Assembly: GCA_963663165.1 (NCBI GenBank)
Contig: OY760175.1
Coordinates: 3,744,001-3,808,000, forward strand
Direction: 5' to 3'
DNA length: 64,000 nucleotides
Source: an uncultured Desulfospira sp.
GTDB lineage: Bacteria; Desulfobacterota; Desulfobacteria; Desulfobacterales; Desulfobacteraceae
Below are positions 1 to 10,436 of this stretch, piece by piece. The number at the start of each line of letters is the position of its first letter. The stretch's first letter is position 1. A program made the position numbers and the translations under genes. Below the pieces are notes generated by a model that had not been told where the DNA came from, did no database searches, and saw nothing but the letters and a program-made list of their open reading frames with translations.

Positions 1-1047
1 ATCGACAAGCTCGTTGAAGTGGCCAAGGACCCCAAGGCCCACCGGTATCCGGAAAGTTCGGGCATGCCCCACTTAAAGCTTCAGATCTCAAAGTATTACA
101 AACGCCACTATGACATTGATCTGGACCCGGAAAAGGAAACTTATTTTACCATTGGCTCCAAAGAAGGCATCTCCCATCTGTGCCTGGCCATCATGGGGCC
201 CGGAGACTCGGTTCTGGTTCCGGCACCGGCCTTTCCCATCCATATCTATGCGGCGGTCATTGCCGGGGCCAATGTCATGAAAATCCCCATTGAACCTGAA
301 GCCGGATTCCTGGACCGGATCATCAACATCTGCGAGTCCTGTTACCCGGGTCCCAAGGTCCTCATGCTCAACTACCCCCACAACCCCACCGGTGTGGTCA
401 CGGACAAGCACTTTTATAAAGAGATCGTTCAGCTGGCCAAACGGTTCCGGTTCATGGTGATCAATGACTTTGCCTATTCCAAAATCACCTTTGACGGATA
501 TAAGGCCCCCAGTTTCCTGGAAGTGGATGGCGCCAAAGACGTTGGGGTCGAGTTCGGGTCATTTTCAAAATCCTACAACATGGCTGGATGGCGGATCGGC
601 TATTGTGTGGGCAATGAACAGATCGTCGCCGCACTGGGCAAGATCAAGGGATATTTTGACTACGGCATCTTCTCGGCCATCCAGGTGGCCGGCATCATTG
701 CCTTAAGGGATTGCGACGAGACCATCCCCGAGCTTGCAAAGGTATACGAAACCCGGCGGGATGTCTTGTGTTCAGGGCTTGAACGTATCGGATGGGACAT
801 CACAAAACCCAAGGCCGGCATGTTTGTCTGGGCCAAAATTCCCGAACCCTTTGCCAAGATGGGCTCCATGCAGTTTGCCATTGAAATGATGGACCGGGCC
901 AATGTGGCCGTGGCCCCGGGAACCGGTTTCAGTGACGAGGGTGAAGGCTACCTGCGCCTGGCCCTGGTGGAAAATGAAGAACGGCTGCGCCAGGCCATCC
1001 GGCAGATGAAAAAAGCCATGGACGGAATGAAAGAGATAAGCTGTTAG
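1..1047 (+). CDS. alaC: PLP-dependent class I/II aminotransferase, AlaC/DapL-like (5'-truncated by window)
   Basis: Frame 1 open from base 1; motifs IGSKEG, NYPHNPTG, DFAY, SKSYNMAGWRIG (PLP Lys), LRLALVENEERLRQA. Confidence 0.75.
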   Translation: MDKLVEVAKDPKAHRYPESSGMPHLKLQISKYYKRHYDIDLDPEKETYFTIGSKEGISHLCLAIMGPGDSVLVPAPAFPIHIYAAVIAGANVMKIPIEPEAGFLDRIINICESCYPGPKVLMLNYPHNPTGVVTDKHFYKEIVQLAKRFRFMVINDFAYSKITFDGYKAPSFLEVDGAKDVGVEFGSFSKSYNMAGWRIGYCVGNEQIVAALGKIKGYFDYGIFSAIQVAGIIALRDCDETIPELAKVYETRRDVLCSGLERIGWDITKPKAGMFVWAKIPEPFAKMGSMQFAIEMMDRANVAVAPGTGFSDEGEGYLRLALVENEERLRQAIRQMKKAMDGMKEISC

Positions 1048-1080
1048 CTTTTAGCTAATTAGCTGTTAACCTTTAGCTTT
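1039..1080. repeat. Degenerate heptamer tandem array (AGCTRTT-like)
   Basis: agctgtt agctttt agctaatt agctgtt aaccttt agcttt. Confidence 0.7.
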
Positions 1081-1101
1081 CCAAGCGAATAAAGGTAACA
1101 A

Positions 1102-2508
1102 ATGAAAATTTTAAATTTTCATTTTTCAGGTTCCGGTTTCCGATTTCCGTTCTCCGGTTTTTTCAATTCTCCGGGGCGGATTTCCATTTTTGGTTACCTG
1201 CTGCTGATTCTTCTGGGAAGCGGGCTTCTCATGCTGCCCGCCTGCCTGAAAACCAATGGGCTGCATTATATTGACGCCCTGTTTACAGCGGCGTCAGCCG
1301 TCTGTGTCACCGGCCTTTCAACCGTTGATACGGCAGGGACATTCACCACCGCCGGCAGAACCGTTATCCTGGTTCTGATCCAGGTGGGCGGCATCGGGAT
1401 CATGGTGTTGTCCACGGTGTTTTTGCTGACGCTTGGCCGGAAAGTCAGCATGACCGGCCGGATTCTGATCCGGGACACTTACAGCTTTACCCATGGCAAC
1501 CGGGTCCAGTCCCTGGTCTGGGATGTCATCAAATTCACTCTGGTCATTGAGGCCGTTGGTGCCGGGGTTCTCTTTTTCAGGTTTTATCCGTCCCAGCCCC
1601 TTGAAACGGCTTTGTTCAACTCGGTTTTTCATTCCATATCCGCCTTTTGCAATGCCGGATTCTGCCTGTTTGACAACTCTTTTACCGCATACCGGTCGGA
1701 CTGGATCGTGAACCTGGACATCTGCCTGCTCATTATCCTGGGAGGAATCGGATTTGTGGTGCTCAGCGAGGTAAAAGACAAATTTTCTTCAAACCGGCGG
1801 CGGGCCTGGTCGTTTTTGAGCCTGCACAGCAAGCTGGTCATCATCAGCACCCTGGTGCTGATGATCGTCAGCACCCTTTTAATTTTTGGCCTGGAATGGT
1901 CCAATACCCTGGCCGGGATGCCCTTTCATACCCGGTTCCTGGCGGCTTTTTTCCAGGCAGTCAATGCCCGGACCGCCGGGTTTAATACCCTGGCCATAGG
2001 AGACCTGACCAATGAAACCCTGTTTATCATTATCATATTGATGTTTATCGGGGCAGCGCCCGGCTCCTGCGGCGGCGGGGTCAAGGTGACCACCTGCTCG
2101 AGCATCTTTTTGCTGGGATTTCACCGGTTCCTTGGCCGGGAACGGCTGCTGATTTTCCACCGCCGTATTTCCGAAGAAAGTATTTCAAAGGCATTGAGCC
2201 TGGTGCTGATCAGTTTTGCCATAGCCACCATTGGGATTATCATGATCCAGCAGTTTGAGTTGGGAGAAATCTCCCACCAGCAAACCCGGGGATTGTTTCT
2301 GGAATACATGTTTGAAATCATCAGCGCCTTTGGTACGGTGGGGCTGAGCACCGGCGTGACCCCCGGCCTTTCCTGGGCAGGAAAATGCCTGGTCATCACC
2401 ATGATGTTCATTGGCAGGCTTGGTCCTATAGCCATTGCGGTCGCCGTGAGCAAAAAAGGACAGTCCAGGCATTTTTCCTATGCAACAGAAAACATCATGA
2501 TAGGATAA
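1102..2508 (+). CDS. ktrB: Ktr/Trk K+ uptake membrane subunit
   Basis: Four pore loops VCVTGL, FCNAGF, RTAGFN, FGTVGLS; C-terminal ENIMIG. Confidence 0.92.
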   Translation: MKILNFHFSGSGFRFPFSGFFNSPGRISIFGYLLLILLGSGLLMLPACLKTNGLHYIDALFTAASAVCVTGLSTVDTAGTFTTAGRTVILVLIQVGGIGIMVLSTVFLLTLGRKVSMTGRILIRDTYSFTHGNRVQSLVWDVIKFTLVIEAVGAGVLFFRFYPSQPLETALFNSVFHSISAFCNAGFCLFDNSFTAYRSDWIVNLDICLLIILGGIGFVVLSEVKDKFSSNRRRAWSFLSLHSKLVIISTLVLMIVSTLLIFGLEWSNTLAGMPFHTRFLAAFFQAVNARTAGFNTLAIGDLTNETLFIIIILMFIGAAPGSCGGGVKVTTCSSIFLLGFHRFLGRERLLIFHRRISEESISKALSLVLISFAIATIGIIMIQQFELGEISHQQTRGLFLEYMFEIISAFGTVGLSTGVTPGLSWAGKCLVITMMFIGRLGPIAIAVAVSKKGQSRHFSYATENIMIG

Positions 2509-2635
2509 ATGTTTGGCCGAAAACTCACCCATCTGCTGCGTTGCTGCAAAAATTTGAAATCCTCACATACTTTGAGTATGTTCCGGTTTCAAATTTTTTT
2601 GCGCCTTGCATATGGGCAAGTTTTCAGCCAAACAT
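2509..2635. repeat. ~127-bp imperfect palindromic intergenic (REP-like) element
   Basis: atgtttggccgaaaac...gttttcagccaaacat outer arms; inner aaaaatttgaaa/tttcaaattttt and catact/agtatg arms. Confidence 0.8.
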
Positions 2636-2701
2636 GACCACATCAGTGCCCCATCTTGGCTGGCCTTCTCACATAGCAACAGTATGCTACGAAGTCCTGA
2701 C

Positions 2702-2759
2702 TAACGGCCACGGGCCGTCTTGGTTATCCAACCAAGAACCGCCCACAACGAAAAATGAA
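2702..2759 (+). repeat. Partial copy of the 89-bp hairpin element (see 27188-27276, 38550-38638)
   Basis: taacggccacgggccgtcttggttatccaaccaagaaccgcccacaac identical to 38547-38594. Confidence 0.9.
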
Positions 2760-2840
2760 GCACTGATGAACAGTTACAGCCCCTGATTTTTGTTTATTTT
2801 CAGCCAAACATGACCGCAGCAGTGTAAAGGATAAAAGACA

Positions 2841-3494
2841 ATGAAACAATTTTTAGTGGTGGGGCTTGGCAATTTCGGGTTTTACCTGGCCACCCATCTG
2901 TTTGAAAAAGGCCATGAAGTCATGGCCATCGATAAAAACCCGACCCTGGTACAGAACATCAAAAATCAGGTCACCCAGGCCGTGGTGGCCGATGCCACGG
3001 ATGCTTTGGCCCTGCAGGAACTTGGCGTAAAAGACGTGGATACCGCCATTGTGAGCATCGGGTCTATTTTGGGAAATTCCATTCTCACGGTCATGAACCT
3101 TCAGGAGGCCGGAATCCCCCATATCGTTGCCAAGGCCATCAGCGATCCCCACAGGAAAATCCTGGAAAAGCTGGGGGTCAAAGATATCTCCTTTCCGGAA
3201 AAAGACATGGCCCTGTCCATGGCCGCCCGCCTGGACAACCCCAATCTGATCGATTACCTGGCCTTTATGGAAGGATACGGGATCATTGAACTGGCGGTTC
3301 CCCGAAAATTTGTGGGCAAGACCTTAAAGCAGATCAACCTGACCAACAAATACGGGGTCCAGGTGGTGGCCATCCGGGAACTGGTGCCCGAAAGAATAAG
3401 GTTTATCCCCAAAGCCGAGTTTGTCCTCAAAGACAGCGATATCATGATCCTTCTGGGATCAGACCAGGGCCTGGAAAAACTAAAAACCGTTTAA
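2841..3494 (+). CDS. ktrA: Ktr/Trk K+ uptake RCK regulatory subunit
   Basis: GLGNFG Rossmann motif, TrkA-N plus TrkA-C; follows ktrB. Confidence 0.92.
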   Translation: MKQFLVVGLGNFGFYLATHLFEKGHEVMAIDKNPTLVQNIKNQVTQAVVADATDALALQELGVKDVDTAIVSIGSILGNSILTVMNLQEAGIPHIVAKAISDPHRKILEKLGVKDISFPEKDMALSMAARLDNPNLIDYLAFMEGYGIIELAVPRKFVGKTLKQINLTNKYGVQVVAIRELVPERIRFIPKAEFVLKDSDIMILLGSDQGLEKLKTV

Positions 3495-3634
3495 AGGCAT
3501 CCGACTGTCAGCTATAAAATGCCACCTTATTGGGTCAATTTCGACTCCTGTTAATTACCCACTGGTTGACAAAAAGGAAGGTCCTGACCTATTTTAATAA
3601 TTTTCATGACCAGATGTAACAAAGGAACCATTTA

Positions 3635-4399
3635 ATGCCACAATATAATAACTCTATTGAAAACGGTGGAAAAATCCTTTCTTTGTTCACCCAGTCACGC
3701 CCAAGGTGGGGAATCTCTGAGATTGCCAGAGAATTAGGGCTTTCCAAAACCACAGCCTTTAACCTGGTTTATACTTTGGAAAAAATTGATTTCCTTGTAA
3801 AAAATGAAGAAACTCAGAAATACGAGTTGGGAATCCGTTTGGCCTCCATCGGGTCAATCATGGTTGCCAACATGGAACTGAATCAGAAAAGTGCCGGTAT
3901 CATACAAGAACTGGCGTCAACTTCCGGACTTTCATGCCGGATGGGAATCTGGCATCAGGATGGTGTCCTTGTTGTCTTTAGCGGCTCTCCAACCAACCTT
4001 CCCCAACCCCCGTCATATCAGGCCGGGCCCAGGGTTCCGGGATATAGCACTGCCATGGGCCGTGCTATATTATCAAAGATGCATTCTGATGAAGTTACCC
4101 GGTATTTAGACCGGATACAGCTTATCAAATATACGTCAGCGACCAAGATTAAAAAGCAGGAGATATTAAAAGAACTGGCGGATACCCAAGAAAGAGGGTT
4201 TTCCATATGCAATGGTGAAATGATTTATGGATCTTCAGCCCTGGGGGCCCCCATCATCAACAATAAAAACATTCCCGTTGGAGGGATTTCTCTTGTGGGC
4301 GAGTCCGAGCTTGTTCTCGGGCCCAAAATGAAACACCATGCCAATGCTATCTGCCGTGGGGCACAACAGATTTCGCAAAGTCTGGGATTTGGCGTTTGA
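3635..4399 (+). CDS. IclR-family transcriptional regulator
   Basis: N-terminal HTH (GISEIARELGLSKTT); STAMGRAILS; effector domain. Confidence 0.92.
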   Translation: MPQYNNSIENGGKILSLFTQSRPRWGISEIARELGLSKTTAFNLVYTLEKIDFLVKNEETQKYELGIRLASIGSIMVANMELNQKSAGIIQELASTSGLSCRMGIWHQDGVLVVFSGSPTNLPQPPSYQAGPRVPGYSTAMGRAILSKMHSDEVTRYLDRIQLIKYTSATKIKKQEILKELADTQERGFSICNGEMIYGSSALGAPIINNKNIPVGGISLVGESELVLGPKMKHHANAICRGAQQISQSLGFGV

Positions 4400-4426
4400 G
4401 ATCCCTTTATCCGGTATTAACCATAG

Positions 4427-4454
4427 GGCAGTGCCCATTCTGATGGGCACTGCC
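4427..4454. terminator. Hairpin between convergent iclR and dctP
   Basis: Perfect 12-bp stem ggcagtgcccat-tctg-atgggcactgcc. Confidence 0.7.
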
Positions 4455-4462
4455 TTTCTGCT

Positions 4463-5494
4463 TTACTCAAACTGCTTTGTCAACTCCACGGCTCTCTCAT
4501 ATACGGTTTTACCGGGTTTTCCGATCCGTTCCATTTTTTGAATCCATTCCTCCGTAAGCCCTTTTCCAAGCCCCCACCATTGTTTCATCTCTTCGTTAGT
4601 GGGTTTGTAAATCATTTGTCCAAGCTTACGGGCCTTTTCCATGGATTCTTCCATGCATTGTATCCCGGACTCCGGATAATGGTCTGCCAGCCATTCATTG
4701 GCCGCCTCAAATCCCTTTTGAACATCCGCAGGAAGGCTGTCCCATTTTTTCTTGCTCATGATGGCACTATAAATCCCTCTTCCCAGGTGCATGTCGGTGT
4801 GGTAAGGCAGCAACTCGACGCACCCCCGTGAATCCGCCACGTTGAGCGGGGCAAATACGCCGTCTCCAAGTTTCCTTTCCAGGGACATGTACCAGTCAGG
4901 GGATCCCAGGCTTAAAGGAATAGCACCAGCCGCCTTCATAAGCTTTACGGCTTCCCCGGTGGCGATAATTTTCAACCCCTTTAAATCAGAAGGGACACGA
5001 ACCGGTTTTTCAGTCGTATGAACAGCGTTTCCACTCATACTGAATGAACGCACCAGCACTTTGTAGTCTTTAACTTCGTCTCTCATTTCAGGGAACTCAT
5101 CTAATAACTGCTCCCAGACAAAACGGCCGTCTTTGGCTGTCGGAATATGAAAGGTAATACTGCGCATGACAATATTGAGCCCCATTTGTGTTGCTTCATA
5201 TGCATACGCCAGCCAGCCGATATCGGTTATGCCGCTCTTTACGGCATCCAGGCAATCCTCCATTCGCACCAGGGTGCCGTCGCCATACACGGTAATGTCG
5301 ACCTGGCCATTTGTCTCCTTTTTTACCCGGTCAGCGTATTCCAAAAAATACTTATGCTGAAGCGTGACACTTGGAATGTGGTGGGCAAATTTCAGTTTAA
5401 TTTTATTGCCTGATGCGGCAAACAGATGTGAACTTCCCGAAAAGAACGAAATAGCAGCTGAAACAGTCAGAACAATAAGCCATTGTTTTCTCAT
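4463..5494 (-). CDS. dctP: TRAP transporter substrate-binding protein
   Basis: Signal peptide; LKFAHH, ETNGQVDITVY, DLKGLKI, MSKKKWDSLPADVQ. Confidence 0.9.
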   Translation of the reverse strand: MRKQWLIVLTVSAAISFFSGSSHLFAASGNKIKLKFAHHIPSVTLQHKYFLEYADRVKKETNGQVDITVYGDGTLVRMEDCLDAVKSGITDIGWLAYAYEATQMGLNIVMRSITFHIPTAKDGRFVWEQLLDEFPEMRDEVKDYKVLVRSFSMSGNAVHTTEKPVRVPSDLKGLKIIATGEAVKLMKAAGAIPLSLGSPDWYMSLERKLGDGVFAPLNVADSRGCVELLPYHTDMHLGRGIYSAIMSKKKWDSLPADVQKGFEAANEWLADHYPESGIQCMEESMEKARKLGQMIYKPTNEEMKQWWGLGKGLTEEWIQKMERIGKPGKTVYERAVELTKQFE

Positions 5495-5547
5495 TTTACT
5501 CTTTTCTCCTTAACGATTAAAATTCATAAAATATTTAAACCACGCAA

Positions 5548-5769
5548 CTATCCAAAACTCACCAAAACCGGCACTTTCTTTTCCGGAGATACGGTAATGG
5601 CCCCTTCCGGGCAATCCCGTTCACAAAAAAGACAGACCATACACTCTTCGGGGTATTTGATAACCGCCTTTTGAGTCACAGTATCCATTCTGATCACATC
5701 CATCGGGCAACTGTCGATACAGGTGCCGCACCCCATACACAAATTCATATCAATTATCTCAATGCTCAT
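5548..5769 (-). CDS. 2[4Fe-4S] ferredoxin (AprB/AsfB-like small subunit)
   Basis: CMGCGTCIDSCP and CMVCLFCERDCP; YPEEC motif. Confidence 0.9.
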   Translation of the reverse strand: MSIEIIDMNLCMGCGTCIDSCPMDVIRMDTVTQKAVIKYPEECMVCLFCERDCPEGAITVSPEKKVPVLVSFG

Positions 5770-5803
5770 TTTTTATGTTATGCCCATCCGGTTATGTTAT
5801 TGA

Positions 5804-7552
5804 TTATGATTGATCTTCCATTGGCAGTACTCTCGGATACCTTTCCCCATACGGTGCCGAGATATCCGGCCGCCAATCCTCAGGAACCGGTTCTTTTTGT
5901 AATACCATCTGCCCGTTGCGGCACTGAATTTTAACCCATGCCAGCCAGTCGGGGTCATTACGAAGGGGAAAGTCTTCTCTGAAGTGGGCACCACGGCTTT
6001 CTGTTCTAAACAAAGACGCCCTGAGCGCCATTTCAGTATTAAGCGCCATATTCCGTATTTCCAATGCGAGTCTCCATTCGTGGGGATCCCGGGCTTTGAG
6101 CTTCGGTACCAGATGCTGATTCATAAACTCAACAAACGTAAGGGCTGCTGTCAGTCGTTTTTGATGCTTAATATTAAAAATAAAGTACGGTACGGTAAAA
6201 GACTGAAGCACCTGTGTCAACCACCTTGGCCCAAAACCGCCTTTTCTTTCCATGGGCCGGCAGACAGTTGTTTTCAAGCGGGTCACTGTCGCTTCATCGA
6301 CAGAAGTCTTTTTATTTTCCCTGGCATATTTCGCTGCACCGGTTCCGGCCCGTGCGCCAGTGACCGTTGCATGGCAAAGCCCGATCCCCATCCCGGAATA
6401 AGCGGCGCCGCTGACCATTGAAGCGCAGTTGTTTCCGGCGCAATACAAGCCGGGAAGATTGCATGCGCAAAACTGATCAACCGGCCATATCCCGGCCCCG
6501 GCATGGATGTTCTGGGCGGAGGTTTCCCGGCCTGCAGAATACTCAAGCAGGTCTGTTTCAAATACGTTCAGGCCGATTTTATCAACTTCCAGAGTGCCCA
6601 TCCGGTCAAAAAACTGTTCCGCGCTTTGTTTTCTTTCCGGTGAAAGGTTCCGGTAGTCAATATATAAGGGCAGGCGGCCGCAGTGGGCTTCCCAGGCAGC
6701 GGTCAGAACCGGCCCGCCCTCGGCGTTTAAAACCGGCCAGACCATCGGTCCCATAAGTCCGCTGCGAAAAGAGGGATACCGCGACAAGATATCGATATCC
6801 TCATCACTGTCAATGTCCGGGGGCAGGAGAGAACCTCCTTCCGGTTCATTGTTTTGGGATCTCAGGTATCTGCCCGGATCCCCGATAAATTCCTTTCCGG
6901 ACACCACAGCCCCGGCTCTATAACCCATGGCATGTCCATCCGAAGTCCAGTAATGGATGGGTTTGGCTTCAATTTTGGCACTGCTTCCGCCTGCCGCCAG
7001 GACAATGGCTTTGGTTTTAAATACATATAGATCTCCTTTCACACCGTGAAAGCCGATCCCCCCCGCGATGACCCCATCCTGGTTGATCAATTCTCCCATC
7101 ACGATCCGGTCAATGATCCGGACGCCGGCATTAAGGACGTGCCGGCGAAGCGTCGGCGCATATTCCCGGTGCTTCATGCAATGATGTTCGGTTACGCCGT
7201 AGCGGCCGCTGAGTATGTTGCCGCCCTTACGGTAGAATTTTACGCCCCATGATGACAGGTCATTATATCTGTCAATGGAATCCTCCAATAAAATCCGGCA
7301 CCAGTCCCTGTTGACAAGATATTCGCCGGCTTTCGCCATCTGGGTGATCCAGGACGCCATATCCTGATGGATGGCAGGATCAAAAAAAGTGAAATCCCCT
7401 TCAGCGAAGTGGGTCGCGCCTGATTTTCCGGCATACCCCTTATCCACCAAAATAACGTTATCAACATATTTTCTGGCGTTGACTGCGGCGAAAAGACCGG
7501 CAAATCCCCCGCCAATAACCAGAACATCAGCTTCTATTATATTTACAGCCAT
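5804..7552 (-). CDS. FAD-dependent oxidoreductase, SdhA/FrdA/AprA superfamily (APS-reductase-like)
   Basis: DVLVIGGGFAG, KSGAT, DGHAMGYRAGA, HAGAGIW, RTESRGAHFREDFP; RBS GGAGG before ATG 7552. Confidence 0.85.
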   Translation of the reverse strand: MAVNIIEADVLVIGGGFAGLFAAVNARKYVDNVILVDKGYAGKSGATHFAEGDFTFFDPAIHQDMASWITQMAKAGEYLVNRDWCRILLEDSIDRYNDLSSWGVKFYRKGGNILSGRYGVTEHHCMKHREYAPTLRRHVLNAGVRIIDRIVMGELINQDGVIAGGIGFHGVKGDLYVFKTKAIVLAAGGSSAKIEAKPIHYWTSDGHAMGYRAGAVVSGKEFIGDPGRYLRSQNNEPEGGSLLPPDIDSDEDIDILSRYPSFRSGLMGPMVWPVLNAEGGPVLTAAWEAHCGRLPLYIDYRNLSPERKQSAEQFFDRMGTLEVDKIGLNVFETDLLEYSAGRETSAQNIHAGAGIWPVDQFCACNLPGLYCAGNNCASMVSGAAYSGMGIGLCHATVTGARAGTGAAKYARENKKTSVDEATVTRLKTTVCRPMERKGGFGPRWLTQVLQSFTVPYFIFNIKHQKRLTAALTFVEFMNQHLVPKLKARDPHEWRLALEIRNMALNTEMALRASLFRTESRGAHFREDFPLRNDPDWLAWVKIQCRNGQMVLQKEPVPEDWRPDISAPYGERYPRVLPMEDQS

Positions 7553-7639
7553 CAACCACTTACCTCCGATAAATCAAAAGACATTAAACCCGTTCTTTAT
7601 GCAGCGTGCGTGAGTAGAGTTGTTATTAAATTAAATATA

Positions 7640-7782
7640 ATCTTATATTATGAACGATTATCCTTATTAGTACAATACGTTCATATAAAAAGTCAATGGA
7701 AAATATAATACAAAAATAAATATTGACATCATAAAACAAAAGAGTTTATAAATAACCATATTCGTTCTTAAATAAAGAACAA
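7640..7782. promoter_or_regulatory. Divergent promoter region with candidate IclR boxes
   Basis: AT-rich; repeated CGTTCWTA half-sites (7649-56 rev, 7678-85, 7763-70) and GTTCTtaaataaAGAAC palindrome; TTGACA near 7723. Confidence 0.45.
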
Positions 7783-7842
7783 AATAGCACCATCCATTTA
7801 ACAAGAAAAGTAAAACGCACGGCTTAAGAAAAGGTAAAGACC

Positions 7843-8346
7843 ATGATCCGAGATCTTTTGGTACAGGCTGAAAAAGTTGCTGCGATTGTTGGAAAAATAA
7901 CGGCGCTTTCCGGCGCTGTTATTCTAATGGCAATGATGCTTCTCACGGTTATAGATGTGCTGTTGCGATTTCTTTTTCACCGGCCCATTATGGGCGGTCT
8001 GGAAATAATCCAGGTCATGATGGTGTCCATTTCGTTCATAACGATGATATATAGTACAATCCAAAAGAGTCACATCAAAGTTGATATTCTGACCAGCTAT
8101 ATTCCAAAACCAATACAACAGATTATTGACAGCATCTTTTATGTAATCTGCATTGTATTCTTTGTGATCATAAGTTGGAAAAACTTTGGGGCCGCCCTTC
8201 ACTTAAAAAAGGTGTGCCAGATGACCGACATCCTGGAGATTCCCATTTATCCTTTCTATCTGCTGATTTCGGCAGCATCAACAATCTTGATGCTGCTATT
8301 GTTACTATATTTACTCCATATCATTCTTAGGACAGAAGAAAAATGA
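7843..8346 (+). CDS. dctQ: TRAP transporter small permease
   Basis: 4 TM segments; DVLLRFLF.RPI, HIKVDIL. Confidence 0.9.
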   Translation: MIRDLLVQAEKVAAIVGKITALSGAVILMAMMLLTVIDVLLRFLFHRPIMGGLEIIQVMMVSISFITMIYSTIQKSHIKVDILTSYIPKPIQQIIDSIFYVICIVFFVIISWKNFGAALHLKKVCQMTDILEIPIYPFYLLISAASTILMLLLLLYLLHIILRTEEK

Positions 8347-9638
8347 GCCCTGAATTAGTAGGTATTATCGCGATTCTCATACTGATCGGTACCTTATTAT
8401 TGCGCGTCTGGATTGGTTTGGCCATGGCGTTGGTCGGTTTCTTCGGCTTCTGGTATTTAATGAACTTTGAAGCTGCGGCGGAATTACTGGTGGTGGTTCC
8501 TTACCGGGTTCTGTCAGACCATAACCTTTCTGTGATTCCCTTGTTTATTCTGATGGGGGTTCTTGTCTCTAAAACGGGGATCAGCAAAGACCTTTATAAG
8601 GCCGCCAATGCATGGATAGGGCCCGTAAAGGGGGGACTGGCAATGGCAACATGTGTGGCCTGTGCCGCGTTTGCGGCCATCTGCGGCACCAGCCTGGCCG
8701 GAACCGTTACCATGGCTCAGATTGCCGTACCGGAAATGAGAAAATTTCATTACAAAGAATCATTATCCAGTGCCTCTGTTGTTGCCGGAGGGACCCTTGG
8801 TATTCTAATTCCACCGAGTCTGGGCTTCATCATGTACGCCATTCTTACGGAGGAATCTGTCGGCATGCTGTTTATGGCCGGATTTCTGCCGGGGATACTG
8901 ATGGTGGTTTTATTCATGATCGCCATATTTTTCCTGACCATTATAGACCCCAATATAGCACCGCCCGGCCCCAAAGCGGATGTGGCCCAGAAACTGACGT
9001 CTCTTAAGCACACATGGACAATGATTGCGCTGTTTGTACTGGTGATGGGAGGGATATACGGCGGTATTTTTACGCCCACAGAAGCCGGTGCCGTGGGGGC
9101 TTTCGGTGCAATGGTGATATGTGCATTGAAAGGACAGCTCAATTTGAAAACCCTGCTGGACTCCCTCACGGATACGGTGAAAACAACGGGGATGATTGTA
9201 ACCATTGTATTAGGCGCTTTTATCTTTATGCGGTTTTTAACCATCACTCATTTGCCTTTTGCCATGGCGGAAACCATCAATTCAGTTTCTTTGCCGCGGT
9301 ATGCCATACTGGCCATAATTATAATAATTTATATCCTGCTGGGAATGATACTGGATATTATCGCAGCCATCACCCTTACGGTTCCCATTGTTCACCCTAC
9401 CATTGTCGCTTTGGGCTTTGATCCTGTCTGGTATGGGGTGGTGATGGTGATCGTCATGGAGATGGGCATGATCACGCCGCCAATCGGAATTAACGTGTTT
9501 GTCCTTTCCGGCATAACCGGCACGCCTGTAAGTGATGTTTTCAGGGGGGTGTGGCCTTTTGTAGCGGCCATGCTGGCGTGTATCATCATCCTGACGATCT
9601 TCCCGCAGATTGCGCTGTTTTTACCCAGTTTGATGTAA
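8343..9638 (+). CDS. dctM: TRAP transporter large permease
   Basis: IPLFILMG, GILIPPS, FTPTEAG, ITPPIG. Confidence 0.93.
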   Translation: MSPELVGIIAILILIGTLLLRVWIGLAMALVGFFGFWYLMNFEAAAELLVVVPYRVLSDHNLSVIPLFILMGVLVSKTGISKDLYKAANAWIGPVKGGLAMATCVACAAFAAICGTSLAGTVTMAQIAVPEMRKFHYKESLSSASVVAGGTLGILIPPSLGFIMYAILTEESVGMLFMAGFLPGILMVVLFMIAIFFLTIIDPNIAPPGPKADVAQKLTSLKHTWTMIALFVLVMGGIYGGIFTPTEAGAVGAFGAMVICALKGQLNLKTLLDSLTDTVKTTGMIVTIVLGAFIFMRFLTITHLPFAMAETINSVSLPRYAILAIIIIIYILLGMILDIIAAITLTVPIVHPTIVALGFDPVWYGVVMVIVMEMGMITPPIGINVFVLSGITGTPVSDVFRGVWPFVAAMLACIIILTIFPQIALFLPSLM

Positions 9639-9651
9639 GCGAAAAAAGACT

Positions 9652-10416
9652 ATGCCCCAATACAATAATTCCATTGAAAGGGCCGCAAGAATTCTGGCAC
9701 TGTTTACGGCGGCCCGCCCGAAATGGGGGACGTCTGAAGTTTCCCGAGAGCTTGAAATTTCAAAAACAACCACATACAACATCCTGGCGACCCTGGAGAA
9801 AACCGGATTCCTGACAAAAGATGAAGACGGCAAACGATATGGGCTCGGGCAAAAACTGTGTTCACTGGGTGCCATCACGTCCGCGAACAACCCGCTCAGT
9901 CAGAAAGCCGCCGGTTTGGTTCAGCAGCTGTCTTCAAGGCTTGGTACATCATCCCGGCTAGGGATATGGGATACGGATGCCGTCATTATTATCTTTTCCG
10001 GGTTTTCCATTAATGCACCACAGCAGCCTTCATTCCAGGCGGGGCCCAGGGTTTCGGCACACGGCACAGCCCTTGGCAAGGCCATTCTGGCCTACATGGA
10101 TACCGATGAGGTAAGCCTGTTTCTCAACCGGTCAAATTTAGTGGAATATACATCTAAAACAAAAACCCAAAGATCAGAAATCCTGGAAGATCTGCGGATG
10201 ACAAAAACAAGGGGGTACGCGATCTGCGATGAAGAGATGATGTATGGGGGCGCTGCCATTGCCGCACCGATATTCGACAGAGCCAATCGCGTTACCGCCG
10301 CCATTACGGTTTTAGGAAATGTGGAGCAGATTCTGGGTGCCGATCAAAACCGCATTATCAGTGAATTACGCTCCATTGCGATGCAAATTTCCCAAAGCAT
10401 CGGGTATGGATATTAA
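9652..10416 (+). CDS. IclR-family regulator (paralog of 3635-4399)
   Basis: Same start MPQYNNSIE; TALGKAILA. Confidence 0.92.
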   Translation: MPQYNNSIERAARILALFTAARPKWGTSEVSRELEISKTTTYNILATLEKTGFLTKDEDGKRYGLGQKLCSLGAITSANNPLSQKAAGLVQQLSSRLGTSSRLGIWDTDAVIIIFSGFSINAPQQPSFQAGPRVSAHGTALGKAILAYMDTDEVSLFLNRSNLVEYTSKTKTQRSEILEDLRMTKTRGYAICDEEMMYGGAAIAAPIFDRANRVTAAITVLGNVEQILGADQNRIISELRSIAMQISQSIGYGY

Positions 10417-10436
10417 CACAATCCGAAGGAGATCCC

